In this document: in pieces, positions 20,595 to 29,713 of the stretch
How the letters are laid out: every line of letters starts with the position of its first letter
How positions within the stretch are numbered: the first letter of the stretch is position 1
Assembly (NCBI GenBank): GCA_037129835.1
Contig: JBAXUE010000001.1
Coordinates: 26,085-90,084, forward strand
Direction of reading: 5' to 3'
DNA from: a bacterium
Lineage (GTDB): Bacteria > Patescibacteriota > CPR2 > UBA1875 > CAIMLA01
DNA length: 64,000 nucleotides
Program-made: the position numbers and the translations under genes
Notes under the pieces: model-generated
Databases searched by the model: none
Seen by the model: only the letters and a program-made list of their open reading frames with translations
Told to the model about the DNA's origin: nothing

Positions 20595-21719
20595 ATGGCC
20601 GAAAAACGAGATTATTATGAAATTCTAGGTGTACAAAAGAGTGCCACTGATGATGAGATAAAAAAGGCTTATCGTAAGCAAGCGATGAAGCATCACCCCG
20701 ATCGTGGTGGTGGTAAAGAGTCAGAAGAAAACTTCAAACAAGCAAACGAGGCTTATCAGATACTTTCTGATCCACAAAAAAGACAACAGTATGATCAGTT
20801 TGGGCATAACGGTCCTTTTGGTGCCGGGAATGGTCCTGGGGCAAATCCATATGGTGCTGGGGGCCAGCAACCTGGTGGGTTTAACGGGCAGGGCTTTAAT
20901 ATTAATATGGATGACTTAGGAGGGTTTGGTGATATTTTTGAATCATTCTTTGGTGGCGGTGGCGGAGGAGGACGTTCTCGTACGCGAAGAGGTTCTGATA
21001 TTCAGGCTGAAATACGAATCAACTTCGAGGAAGCTGTCTTCGGCGTGGAAAAAGATTTTTCACTACTCAAGATGAATGGTTGTGATAGATGCAAGGGTAA
21101 TGGAGCTGAACCGGGTAGTGGCCAAGTAACTTGTGCTACTTGTCATGGTAAAGGACAAGTACAAACTGAACAACGAACTATCTTCGGGACTTTCGCCCAA
21201 GCCGCTGTTTGCCCAGAATGTCATGGTAAGGGTAAGTTTCCAGAGAAGAAGTGCACCAAATGCCGAGGCGAAGGTAGGTTAAAAGAACAAGTAGTGCTGA
21301 AAGTAAAGATACCTGCCGGAATAGACAATGGTCAGACAATCAAAGTCACGGGTAAGGGAGAGGTGGGAGAGGCTGGAGTTCCAGCGGGCGATTTATATCT
21401 ACTGATCCGTGTTTCAACGGACAAGAGATTCGTTAGAAATGGCTTTAATATAGAAGCGGAAACAGAAATAACCTTCCCGGCGGCAGCTCTCGGGACAACG
21501 GTAGATGTAGAAACCATCGATGGCAAAGTTACTCTCAAAATTCCTGCAGGAACACAAAGTGGCAAAGTATTTAGACTTTCTGAGCGTGGCATCCCTCATC
21601 TCTCTGGTAGGCACAGAGGTGACCACCTAGTGACCATATTAGTACGTACTCCGACTAAGTTATCAGGAAAGCAAAAGAAACTCCTTGAAGAGTTCTCAAA
21701 CGATAAGGGCTGGTTCTAG
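20595..21719 (+). CDS. dnaJ: Chaperone DnaJ
   Basis: J domain with HPD, G/F region, four CxxCxGxG repeats. Confidence 0.97.
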   Translation: MAEKRDYYEILGVQKSATDDEIKKAYRKQAMKHHPDRGGGKESEENFKQANEAYQILSDPQKRQQYDQFGHNGPFGAGNGPGANPYGAGGQQPGGFNGQGFNINMDDLGGFGDIFESFFGGGGGGGRSRTRRGSDIQAEIRINFEEAVFGVEKDFSLLKMNGCDRCKGNGAEPGSGQVTCATCHGKGQVQTEQRTIFGTFAQAAVCPECHGKGKFPEKKCTKCRGEGRLKEQVVLKVKIPAGIDNGQTIKVTGKGEVGEAGVPAGDLYLLIRVSTDKRFVRNGFNIEAETEITFPAAALGTTVDVETIDGKVTLKIPAGTQSGKVFRLSERGIPHLSGRHRGDHLVTILVRTPTKLSGKQKKLLEEFSNDKGWF

Positions 21720-21775
21720 GTATATAAACATACATATATATTGAATAATCGGTATTGCTATACTATAATTTGTTT

Positions 21776-21994
21776 ATGATAAGCAAAGAACTTGAAAATA
21801 AATTAATATTACTTGGGAAAAACTATCCCGGTATTTCAGAAGAGTTAATGAAACGGATAGAGTTTTTTGCTATTCAAATAAATGAGAATCCTAAAGAATT
21901 TGATAACAAGCTCATAGCCCTTATGGGAGCTTTTTCTAATGAAATCGATGAGGCAGACATGGTTCAGTTAAAAAAACAAATTGGAGAAATTTGA
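21776..21994 (+). CDS. Small hypothetical protein
   Basis: TATAAT-N6-ATG at 21776; stop overlaps the next start. Confidence 0.6.
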   Translation: MISKELENKLILLGKNYPGISEELMKRIEFFAIQINENPKEFDNKLIALMGAFSNEIDEADMVQLKKQIGEI

Positions 21995-24003
21995 TGGCAC
22001 AAGAAGATAATGAGATTCGCGGGGGAAAAACAGAAAAAAGAGAAGCCTCTGCCGAAAAGCCACACATCCAGAGCAAAGAAGAACTAGATAAAGAGATCAA
22101 GGGTGAGATACAAGACAAGTCAGATAGGGCGGAAAGAATAATCCTAGCTGCGCCAATACCGCATTTGGGTGGCGAGGCGGGTCTTGGTTTGGTGGCGGCA
22201 GTTGTCACGGCCAAAGAATGGGTCTCAGAAAAAGCCCCAAACTCTAAAGATGTTGTGAGAAAAGTAGGACTATTTCTTGCTAGTTTGGGTATTGGCGCAG
22301 CCTCTATCGGTGGCATCCAGGCAGGGACGCAAACCGAGAGTAGTAGTGGTGGAGATTATAAACTTTCACCGGAGCCCATAACCGCTATCGCTCCAGAAGG
22401 GACGACGTTCACTGAAACCGATGAACCGATCGCTGTCAGAGTATCCGATATTATGTCTCAAGAAGCTGTTACGCACGAAGGAGTGGTAATGTTTGAGGAT
22501 ATACCTGTCACAGAATCAAACAAAAAAGCTATCGCCGAATCAAAAAAATGGTTAGAAAAAAACGAACATTTACGTGGAGAACAAAGACACGAAGTATTGG
22601 TAGAATATTTGGACCAACAAATGGCTAAAATACAGACAATGATGGAAGGCGGTAGCTCCCAATCAGATATTGTCGAAGTGGCCGCGGAGACTCAGGCCAC
22701 AGCAAATGAATTTAACAGTTTGGTGAAGGCTGGAGATATTACCGACATTTTAGAGGCAGCGGTAAAAGTGGGCCTTGTTTCTCCTGACAAAGCAAAAGCT
22801 GTTGCAAGGGAGTTAACTCAAAAAGGTACAGTCACAGAGATAACTAGGGCTGATGGCTATCAGATAAAAACTGATGATCAGGTTTTTCGACTAACAAAGG
22901 GCGATATGTTCACACAGATAATAGGTAATGCCCCAATGTTTGAGCCGTCGGCGACACCTATTGGGATGCATGAGGGAACAGAGGTCGAAGGTGTTTATGA
23001 TGTCGAAGTAGTTGATCCAGCAAGCGCGGATAAGATCAAGTCAAACGAAGTATTAATGCGTCAGCTGGCAGAGAATAATTGGCCAGAATACCGTGCTTCT
23101 CTGGTGCAAAAAGCGCGACAAGCTGGCGGAGAAATTGATGAAGAGACTGCCAAAGAAGCTTTCATTAAGTTTGTAATAACTCAAGAAAAGCAAACGATAC
23201 CACTAGTAACGAATGACGAAAGAGATGTGCAATTAGACACAAGCGATCTTGAGCTTTTTGGATATCAAATTTCCACAGAATTTCAATTAAAGGAATTATT
23301 GGGGCTGGATATACTCCCAACGATAACCTTTCACGCTGAGAAATTAATTGGCGTTGACGGAAGAATAATCGATATTGGAGGCGACGTAGACGTATTTGGT
23401 GCAAAAATAACTAAAGAAATGTTGTGTAAGGGTAATTTCGGAATATTTCTGCATCTTGCAGATGTAAATATTTATATTCCTCCAGAGGTTGTTAGCAAGT
23501 CTGTAATCACGGGTGATATGAATATCCTTTTACTATTTTTGGCAGCAGCGTTACCTATTGTAGCACTAAGGTTGAGGGCAGAGCCTACGCCGCCAGAAAT
23601 CGTACCGCCAGGTTTTCCACCGGTTAAAGTTCCACCGATAAAGGTTCCCACCCCGAGAATCACTTGGCCAAAGATTCCGCCCACTACGATTGATATTGAA
23701 GGAGAGTTAGGTCTTAGGAGGGTTACTAAGCCAGGAACACCTGGCATAGAAGACGTACCACCAATACCACCTCGAAATCCAAAAGATTTTGATGAGGGCA
23801 GACAAGACATCAGCGGGAAACCAAATAATATTACTCATGGACAAGTTACTACTACTGGCGGTCCTTATACGCCGGGAGGTGTTGAAAAAAACCCTAGTTA
23901 TGGAAGACTAAAAGAGAGTCGGCCAAAAGGGCAAAGAGGTAAATCAGGCGCTAGAAATTATCGAGGCAATCAGAGCGCACAAAAGCAAAATACGGGTAAA
24001 TAA
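21991..24003 (+). CDS. Large hypothetical membrane protein with Pro-rich, basic C-terminal tail
   Basis: 670-aa ORF with hydrophobic segments near aa 60-110 and about aa 515; PPxKVP repeats. Confidence 0.75.
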   Translation: MMAQEDNEIRGGKTEKREASAEKPHIQSKEELDKEIKGEIQDKSDRAERIILAAPIPHLGGEAGLGLVAAVVTAKEWVSEKAPNSKDVVRKVGLFLASLGIGAASIGGIQAGTQTESSSGGDYKLSPEPITAIAPEGTTFTETDEPIAVRVSDIMSQEAVTHEGVVMFEDIPVTESNKKAIAESKKWLEKNEHLRGEQRHEVLVEYLDQQMAKIQTMMEGGSSQSDIVEVAAETQATANEFNSLVKAGDITDILEAAVKVGLVSPDKAKAVARELTQKGTVTEITRADGYQIKTDDQVFRLTKGDMFTQIIGNAPMFEPSATPIGMHEGTEVEGVYDVEVVDPASADKIKSNEVLMRQLAENNWPEYRASLVQKARQAGGEIDEETAKEAFIKFVITQEKQTIPLVTNDERDVQLDTSDLELFGYQISTEFQLKELLGLDILPTITFHAEKLIGVDGRIIDIGGDVDVFGAKITKEMLCKGNFGIFLHLADVNIYIPPEVVSKSVITGDMNILLLFLAAALPIVALRLRAEPTPPEIVPPGFPPVKVPPIKVPTPRITWPKIPPTTIDIEGELGLRRVTKPGTPGIEDVPPIPPRNPKDFDEGRQDISGKPNNITHGQVTTTGGPYTPGGVEKNPSYGRLKESRPKGQRGKSGARNYRGNQSAQKQNTGK

Positions 24004-24019
24004 TAAAAAGGAGAACATA

Positions 24020-24517
24020 ATGGCAGAACAAAATAGTCCCAGTCCTGAAGGTTCAGAAAACTGGCACCCAACAGAGGCATTTGAGGCAGATGGGCAGAAT
24101 GCAGGTAAAATAAAAGATGTAGAGCTCGCACAATCGCTGGCAGAAAGCGAAGAGAAAATTCGCTATCCAAAAGGACTGAATAGAATATTTTCAGAGATGG
24201 ACCATGAAACCATGATTATAATCGACAGATTAGCTGGTAAATTTTTTCCTGACATAGAGCCAAGAACATTTGAAGAAACCAGAGAAGAAAGGGCAAAAGA
24301 CTTTATCAACGGTATTTTATATCGTGAACTTCTCGACAGAGCTATGGAGAAAAAAGTCAAAGATAATGCCAAGACAAAGGCCTATACTTCTTGGAACGCA
24401 CTTCGAGACGCAACACTAGAAGTAGATCAGGCAATCGAAGAGGCAACCCACGCACGTAGAGAGCAATCTAACATAAGAAATAAAGAAAAAGCGGAAGCTT
24501 TCCGAGAGGCAGCTTAA
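24020..24517 (+). CDS. Hypothetical charged helical protein
   Basis: SD AAGGAG; 165-aa ORF. Confidence 0.7.
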   Translation: MAEQNSPSPEGSENWHPTEAFEADGQNAGKIKDVELAQSLAESEEKIRYPKGLNRIFSEMDHETMIIIDRLAGKFFPDIEPRTFEETREERAKDFINGILYRELLDRAMEKKVKDNAKTKAYTSWNALRDATLEVDQAIEEATHARREQSNIRNKEKAEAFREAA

Positions 24518-24596
24518 GTCTATATACTTTTCAAGGAATTCTAGAATATTGTTCACGGGATAATAAAACAATTTAATGCAGTATTTGAGGCGGTAA

Positions 24597-25784
24597 ATGG
24601 TAGTAATCGATGAACCACAAAACATAGAGAATAGTGATAATGAGCCGAATTTAGAAGGGAATCCACCGCCAGCTATTCCATATCCTACACCTCAAGTTGA
24701 AGCTCTGCCACCCACAACACTACCCGTCGCCGAGTTTAGCAATTTTGGAATATCTAGTAATGAAAGTTTTAGTTCAGAAATAGATGGGTCGTCAAATCAA
24801 CATAAATTTATAAAAAACATGCTGACCTTTTTATTTATTACATTATTTTTATTTTTTTCCGCGAATCTAGTAATATCTATTGCCATTCAACTTATGCTGG
24901 GTCAAATAAGGGGCGATATATCTTTTATGTACAAAGAGTTACCTTTATACTTTTTTCTTCTATTACCAATTTCTGTACTTCCCGTATCCTTGTTTTACAT
25001 TCTGATGAAAGTCAGAAATATGTCCAAAAAATCATGGATGTCGGCTGTAATCTTCCTGCCGATTCTGCTTCTCGCATATTTTTTATGCCTATTTAATCTA
25101 CAACAATTGATGAATAAAATGGCCACGATGGCGGGCGGCACGTCGAATTCTACCATTGGTATCAATAAGATAATATTAGGAGGCGGATCATATATTATAT
25201 TTGCTGCGTTGGCATTATCTGCTTGTATATTAGTTATAAATTACAAAAAATTTATAAATGAGGACAACAAAATACACAAGAAAGGTATAATATTTACCTT
25301 CATATTAGGGTTTTTAACAATTGGAATTACAGTTATTTTTGTTGGCAACGCATGGCTTGGCTCTTACGAAAAACCATTTATTGGTTATTCAAAGGCGGAG
25401 AAAGTACTAGGAAAAAATCCCGTATATTTCAGTTATTTACCAGCGGGTATTATTTTGGATACAGCAATTAGCTTCGTAAGTACAAATACCCTTAATATTT
25501 TATTTAGTAACCCAGACAATCTGGTTGACACGGAAAAGAAGATAATTGTGATCGAAAAAGATAAAGATAAGTATATCGAAAGTAAACCAAACAGCACCTG
25601 GACGACAAAAGACGTCCTTAGAAAAGGAATAAAATATAACATCAGCAGTAAGAATACTGATTCTGATAGCACAATGACTGTTATGAATTTTGAGAAAAAT
25701 AGTTTATCGTTATCGTTGATGACTTTGGATAATACATATATAACTCAAGAAGAATTATTCAAGGTGGCTGAGTCGGCATATTAG
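24597..25784 (+). CDS. Multi-TM membrane protein with C-terminal extracellular domain
   Basis: SD GAGG; five hydrophobic helices. Confidence 0.7.
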   Translation: MVVIDEPQNIENSDNEPNLEGNPPPAIPYPTPQVEALPPTTLPVAEFSNFGISSNESFSSEIDGSSNQHKFIKNMLTFLFITLFLFFSANLVISIAIQLMLGQIRGDISFMYKELPLYFFLLLPISVLPVSLFYILMKVRNMSKKSWMSAVIFLPILLLAYFLCLFNLQQLMNKMATMAGGTSNSTIGINKIILGGGSYIIFAALALSACILVINYKKFINEDNKIHKKGIIFTFILGFLTIGITVIFVGNAWLGSYEKPFIGYSKAEKVLGKNPVYFSYLPAGIILDTAISFVSTNTLNILFSNPDNLVDTEKKIIVIEKDKDKYIESKPNSTWTTKDVLRKGIKYNISSKNTDSDSTMTVMNFEKNSLSLSLMTLDNTYITQEELFKVAESAY

Positions 25785-25785
25785 A

Positions 25786-26415
25786 TTATACAAGCCCTTG
25801 ATTATCGGTAATAATACCCGATACATTCCTCATATTTTGTATTAATGCGAGATCTTCTTTGGTTTTAACATCCCAAATAATTATTTCTTTATCAAATATA
25901 GAAAATAGTAGAGATAATTTATTTAATAAACTATATTTAGGTACAAACAACTCGAAAAAAGGCAGATATAGTAGATTTTTGATAAATCTCTCAGATAACA
26001 ATAAACCTACTTTGATAGAGGGGAATTCCTTATTAATCTTCTTTAATGATTTTGGATAGAAAGAAGAAATAATATATCCTTCGTTTTTAATATATTTTTG
26101 AGTTAAATTAATGACTTCAGCTTCGTATCCAACCTCTTTTAGCTCAATATCTAACTTTATTTTATGAGCTACGAGCTTAAGAGTATCTTCAAGTGTTGGT
26201 ATGTCTGGGTATAGTTTCTGTAATTCGTTTAGCGTTAAATCGCATAGCTTAGCATTCTCTAATTTTTCATCGTGGAAAACTACTAGAGTGCTATCTTTGA
26301 GCCTTCTTACGTCAAGTTCTATTCCATAAAAGCCAGACTTTATCGCCGTTTCAAAGGCAGCGAGGGAATTTTCGGCTTCTGTTTCATGAGCACCCCGATG
26401 TGCATATTTGTTCAT
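25786..26415 (-). CDS. Glycerophosphodiester phosphodiesterase
   Basis: AHRG, ENSLAAF, IELDV, VVFHD, IELK, IITD; ATG overlaps the TrmB stop. Confidence 0.9.
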   Translation of the reverse strand: MNKYAHRGAHETEAENSLAAFETAIKSGFYGIELDVRRLKDSTLVVFHDEKLENAKLCDLTLNELQKLYPDIPTLEDTLKLVAHKIKLDIELKEVGYEAEVINLTQKYIKNEGYIISSFYPKSLKKINKEFPSIKVGLLLSERFIKNLLYLPFFELFVPKYSLLNKLSLLFSIFDKEIIIWDVKTKEDLALIQNMRNVSGIITDNQGLV

Positions 26416-27158
26416 TTGTTTTTCCAAGAAGTCTCAAAGAAAGCCTTGATTGCAAAGAATACCAAAGTGTCGTCGATGGTAAAGCCATAAGGCTCTTTTT
26501 TGTTGTATTTGATAAAGGTAACATTGTCGTCGTAAATGAATATATCCATATTCCGTGGCATCCCCGGCATATCAACATATTTCTTTTTCCATAGTAGCTT
26601 TGCAAGCACTTTTGGGTCGTGTTTCGTGTCTGTATTGATAATCTCTCTTATCTCGATGTTTTTCGCGATTCTCTCAGGCCGAAATTTTCTCTCTAACCAT
26701 GCCTCGAGGTAAGTGTTTTTGCCTTGCTCTGAAAGGATTAACAGTAGTTCACTGGGATGTTTTTTAAGCATGTCTGTATATAGCTTTTGGACTCCTTCTA
26801 TACCGTAAAGAACGTGTATCCCAGGCCGATCCTTGGCTAGGCTGTAGAGGCTTTTTAGTTCTGGCATGGCATCGTTTAGGTCCTCTCGGTAGGTTTCTAA
26901 AAGTCTTATGTTGTCGGTACATAGCTGAGTGAGTATCTCCGGGTCTTCAGGATTATAGCGAATCTTGTTGTGCCTTGCATCTTTCTTTACGACACCTTTC
27001 TTCTCTAGGTTAGCAAGTATGATGTAAGCATTTTGTCGAGAAACTTTCATTCTCTCGGCTATTTCTGGTGGAGTTAGTTCGCCATTTTCTAGAAGGAGCC
27101 GATAGCACTCAGCCTCGCTTTCGGCTAATCCAGCCATTTCAAAGATATCTTTTTTCAT
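26412..27158 (-). CDS. TrmB-family transcriptional regulator (wHTH plus effector domain)
   Basis: GLAESEAECYRLLL...EIA...SRQNAYIILANLEKKG; DIFIYDDNV C-domain; leaderless start after TG-C-TATGCT. Confidence 0.85.
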   Translation of the reverse strand: MKKDIFEMAGLAESEAECYRLLLENGELTPPEIAERMKVSRQNAYIILANLEKKGVVKKDARHNKIRYNPEDPEILTQLCTDNIRLLETYREDLNDAMPELKSLYSLAKDRPGIHVLYGIEGVQKLYTDMLKKHPSELLLILSEQGKNTYLEAWLERKFRPERIAKNIEIREIINTDTKHDPKVLAKLLWKKKYVDMPGMPRNMDIFIYDDNVTFIKYNKKEPYGFTIDDTLVFFAIKAFFETSWKNK

Positions 27159-27188
27159 AAAAGTAGCATAGCACATAGTGGGTTAAAA

Positions 27189-27208
27189 TGTCAACAGTCA
27201 AAGTGACA
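27189..27208. promoter_or_regulatory. Candidate TrmB operator 1, overlapping the trmB -35 box
   Basis: TGTCA-N10-TGACA; minus-strand TTGACA at 27189-27194. Confidence 0.55.
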
Positions 27209-27258
27209 AACCAGTACATTATACCCTTTTCCCATAAGCTCACCAATCAAATATAATA

Positions 27259-27286
27259 TTGACATAGAGCCAAAAGGGAGTATAAT
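27259..27286 (+). promoter_or_regulatory. Consensus sigma70 promoter of the structured island
   Basis: TTGACA-N16-TATAAT. Confidence 0.75.
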
Positions 27287-27302
27287 ACATCACTGTAATA
27301 TC

Positions 27303-27322
27303 TGTCATAGGCAAATGTTACA
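27303..27322. promoter_or_regulatory. Candidate TrmB operator 2, just downstream of the predicted start site
   Basis: TGTCA-N10-TTACA, same spacing as operator 1. Confidence 0.55.
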
Positions 27323-27353
27323 TACCTTGACAATAGAATAATCAAATAGGTGG

Positions 27354-27442
27354 TACCTACTGCCGACGGGTCGAACGAATTCATCGATCCATCGGTGGTA
27401 GGTAAGGGGCCTACACTAAAACAGAAGGGCGGGGGACCGCCC
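27354..27442 (+). other. Structured 5-prime leader
   Basis: Roughly 20-bp hairpin at 27354-27404 with G-U pairs; GGGCGG-GGGA-CCGCCC hairpin before the SD. Confidence 0.6.
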
Positions 27443-27462
27443 AGACAACGAAGGGAGTGGCA

Positions 27463-27837
27463 ATGAAAACCACTCTGTACGTAATCGCCGCGTTCGTCGC
27501 GGTGACAGTTCTGATAGTCGTCCTCATGATGTGGACGACCGGCTTGGAGCTCTTTGGGCTCCAGCTGGGAAAGCACGTGACCAACGCGGAAACGCAGGTC
27601 ATGAGGCAGACCCAGCAGTACAGAACCACCCAGGAGACCAAGTTGGCCGACTGGATGGCGTCGTACGATGACGCCGAGAAGCAGATCGCACTCGTAAAGG
27701 ACGATCCCGAGGCTGTCGCCACTCTCCGTGCCAATCAGGCCGGAATTGTGCGTCAGATGAAGGTATTCGTTTCTAGCGGGCAGATCGCGAAGGAGAACGT
27801 GCCGACAGACGTCCAGGAGTTCCTAGCGTCCCACTAG
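27463..27837 (+). CDS. Membrane-anchored helical protein, GC-rich
   Basis: SD AAGGGAG, N-terminal TM, C/G-ending codon bias. Confidence 0.8.
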   Translation: MKTTLYVIAAFVAVTVLIVVLMMWTTGLELFGLQLGKHVTNAETQVMRQTQQYRTTQETKLADWMASYDDAEKQIALVKDDPEAVATLRANQAGIVRQMKVFVSSGQIAKENVPTDVQEFLASH

Positions 27838-27856
27838 TTCCGAAGGAGGAACAAAC

Positions 27857-28459
27857 ATGAAGCGTTTCATTACGCTTGCAATCGTTGTTATGCTGGCGCT
27901 TTCGGCTCTTGCTCTCACCGGTTGTGACGAGCAGGTTGACAATTCGTCCGCCACCACCAAGGAGGCGGCGATAGTCAACTCTCAGGATTCGGTCTATGCC
28001 AAGGGGCAGCCGATTCCGAGGTTCGACTACTCGATTCCGAGAGATCTCTTCACACAGTTCTACAAGTTCCAGACTCAGGAGGGCATCAACACTTACAGTG
28101 TGGTGTCTGACATCAACGGCAACGTGTACTATGAGGGCCCCACGATGGGGTACCCTATTCCGTACAACAGCCAGTTGACCAACCCGGAGAAGACCGAGGT
28201 CCATGAGGGCAACTACAATGGCGGAAACGTCACGTTGCCCCAGAGTGAACCGAACGGTCTCTACACTTCGCCGACAACGAACGCCACAATAGTGATGTTC
28301 ATCGATCCGGCGACCGGTAAGCTGATGCCTGTCTACACTGAGCTCAATGTGACGTGCTTCCCCTTTACGGTGAAGAAAACGGCTACAACGAGCACAGTGT
28401 ACCAGAAGAGCGGGTCTCCGACCGCGCTCCTTGCCCCCAAGGGCAAGACGACCAAGTAG
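27857..28459 (+). CDS. Lipoprotein with GYPIPY-x-xQLTNP and LPQxEPNGL motifs
   Basis: Signal peptide with lipobox LTGC; SD AAGGAGG. Confidence 0.85.
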   Translation: MKRFITLAIVVMLALSALALTGCDEQVDNSSATTKEAAIVNSQDSVYAKGQPIPRFDYSIPRDLFTQFYKFQTQEGINTYSVVSDINGNVYYEGPTMGYPIPYNSQLTNPEKTEVHEGNYNGGNVTLPQSEPNGLYTSPTTNATIVMFIDPATGKLMPVYTELNVTCFPFTVKKTATTSTVYQKSGSPTALLAPKGKTTK

Positions 28460-28588
28460 TTCCCCTATAGGGTAAGACCGTAAGGTCGAACCCTACCACC
28501 ACCATGGGGCTCGGTGCATCATTTGCGCCGGGCCTCAGTTCCTTATTATGTATCTTTGTAGATAGGAGGACACCTACCTCTCCTCCTA

Positions 28589-28604
28589 TCCGCACGGATG
28601 CGGA
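28589..28604 (+). repeat. ACGGAU-loop hairpin, copy 1
   Basis: TCCGC-ACGGAT-GCGGA. Confidence 0.7.
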
Positions 28605-28636
28605 AAACAAAAAACGATCCCCAGAAAGGGGGCACC

Positions 28637-28780
28637 ATGTTCTGGTTTATCCTGAGCTTGGCCGCTGCAGTATTGTGCGGTTGGACTGGCTATAAGGGTA
28701 AGCTCGCGTATAATTTGTTACTCTCTGGAGCTAACTTTTTTTTCGCGGGCTACCAGCTGGCAGTATTGTTGGCTCGTTAA
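28637..28780 (+). CDS. 47-aa hydrophobic peptide (MFWFILS...GANFFFAGYQL)
   Basis: SD AAAGGGGG; related to 29164-29325. Confidence 0.65.
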   Translation: MFWFILSLAAAVLCGWTGYKGKLAYNLLLSGANFFFAGYQLAVLLAR

Positions 28781-29110
28781 CTGACACCGATTGAGGCCAA
28801 AATAGCCTCAGAAACGGAGGGCCAAATTGCCCTAGTACGGGTCCTATCCGCTCGGACCAAAAAATATAGCGGGTAATGTATCCGATGCATTGAGGTGGTT
28901 TATATCGGAATCGATTTATTAAACCACTAAGGCCACCCTTGAGGTGCGTCTGCTTCGGCAGAGAGTGATACTCCCTCATCGACACAGAGATATGACTACT
29001 AACCCACAAGGTTAGTCTCTGAGAAGAAAAGTCGGGGGTGCGTTTGAGTGATGAGCTCAACCACCCCATTCCTATTATCTATTCGGATTATAGAACAACT
29101 TGTTTTATAA

Positions 29111-29126
29111 CCCGCACGGATGCGGG
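29111..29126 (+). repeat. ACGGAU-loop hairpin, copy 2
   Basis: CCCGC-ACGGAT-GCGGG; basal pair compensatory relative to copy 1. Confidence 0.7.
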
Positions 29127-29163
29127 AACAGACAAAAACACCAAAACCTCGGAGGGAGGTAGT

Positions 29164-29325
29164 ATGTTTAGTCTGCACATGGCTATGATCATGGTTGCTC
29201 TGACTGTTTATCAGTTCAGGAGTGCCATGAAAAGTGGTCGTACCTGGGATTGGTTCTGGGCAGTCTGGAATGCCTTTCTTGTGGGGGTTAACCTCATGTT
29301 GGGTATTTACCAGCTGACCAGGTAG
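29164..29325 (+). CDS. 53-aa hydrophobic peptide (MFSLHM...GVNLMLGIYQL)
   Basis: SD GGAGGGAGGT; two hydrophobic helices. Confidence 0.7.
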   Translation: MFSLHMAMIMVALTVYQFRSAMKSGRTWDWFWAVWNAFLVGVNLMLGIYQLTR

Positions 29326-29337
29326 CCAAACCTGGTA

Positions 29338-29409
29338 CCCGCCTGTCACTGGGCGGTAGTGAAAGTAGTCGCTGGCTGATGTGGCTACAAAGAATACAGT
29401 GAAAATGCA
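29338..29409 (+). repeat. 72-nt structured direct repeat, copy 1
   Basis: 66 of 72 positions identical to 29642-29713. Confidence 0.9.
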
Positions 29410-29441
29410 AATGTACCTTCATTCACCATTAGGAGGTGGAA

Positions 29442-29636
29442 ATGTACCAAGATAAGAACAACGAGGACATTGATATCACGGCTGAGATAATCAGATTCGT
29501 GGTCTCACTGGGACTCTCGTGGGGTCTTATCTGGGGCGTAGGGCGTATTTTCGGGATTGATTTCTCGTCAATTGCCTACGCGGTCTCGGTAGGTACCCTG
29601 GTAGGGATTACCTACAGCCGTTTACGCCGGAGATAA
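29442..29636 (+). CDS. 64-aa two-TM peptide with Arg-rich C-terminus
   Basis: SD AGGAGGT; lies between the two 72-nt repeats. Confidence 0.7.
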   Translation: MYQDKNNEDIDITAEIIRFVVSLGLSWGLIWGVGRIFGIDFSSIAYAVSVGTLVGITYSRLRRR

Positions 29637-29641
29637 TTCTC

Positions 29642-29713
29642 CCCGCCTGTCACTGGGCGGTATCGAAAGTAGTTGCTAGCTAATGTGGCTACAAAGAATA
29701 CAGTGAAAAAGCA
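29642..29713 (+). repeat. 72-nt structured direct repeat, copy 2
   Basis: 66 of 72 positions identical to 29338-29409. Confidence 0.9.

Noticed and set aside
29338-29356. tRNA-Asp fragment (CCGCCTGTCAC resembles the anticodon arm)
   Set aside because: No D arm, T arm or acceptor stem, and the pairing register differs
29361-29390. Hammerhead ribozyme core (GAAA and CTGATG)
   Set aside because: CUGAUGA is incomplete in copy 1 and absent in copy 2; topology also does not fit pistol by eye
29338-29713. CRISPR array or integron attC sites as an explanation of the 72-nt repeats
   Set aside because: Only two copies with a 232-nt gene-containing spacer; no cas or integrase gene in the window; no RYYYAAC...GTTRRRY ends or single long attC hairpin
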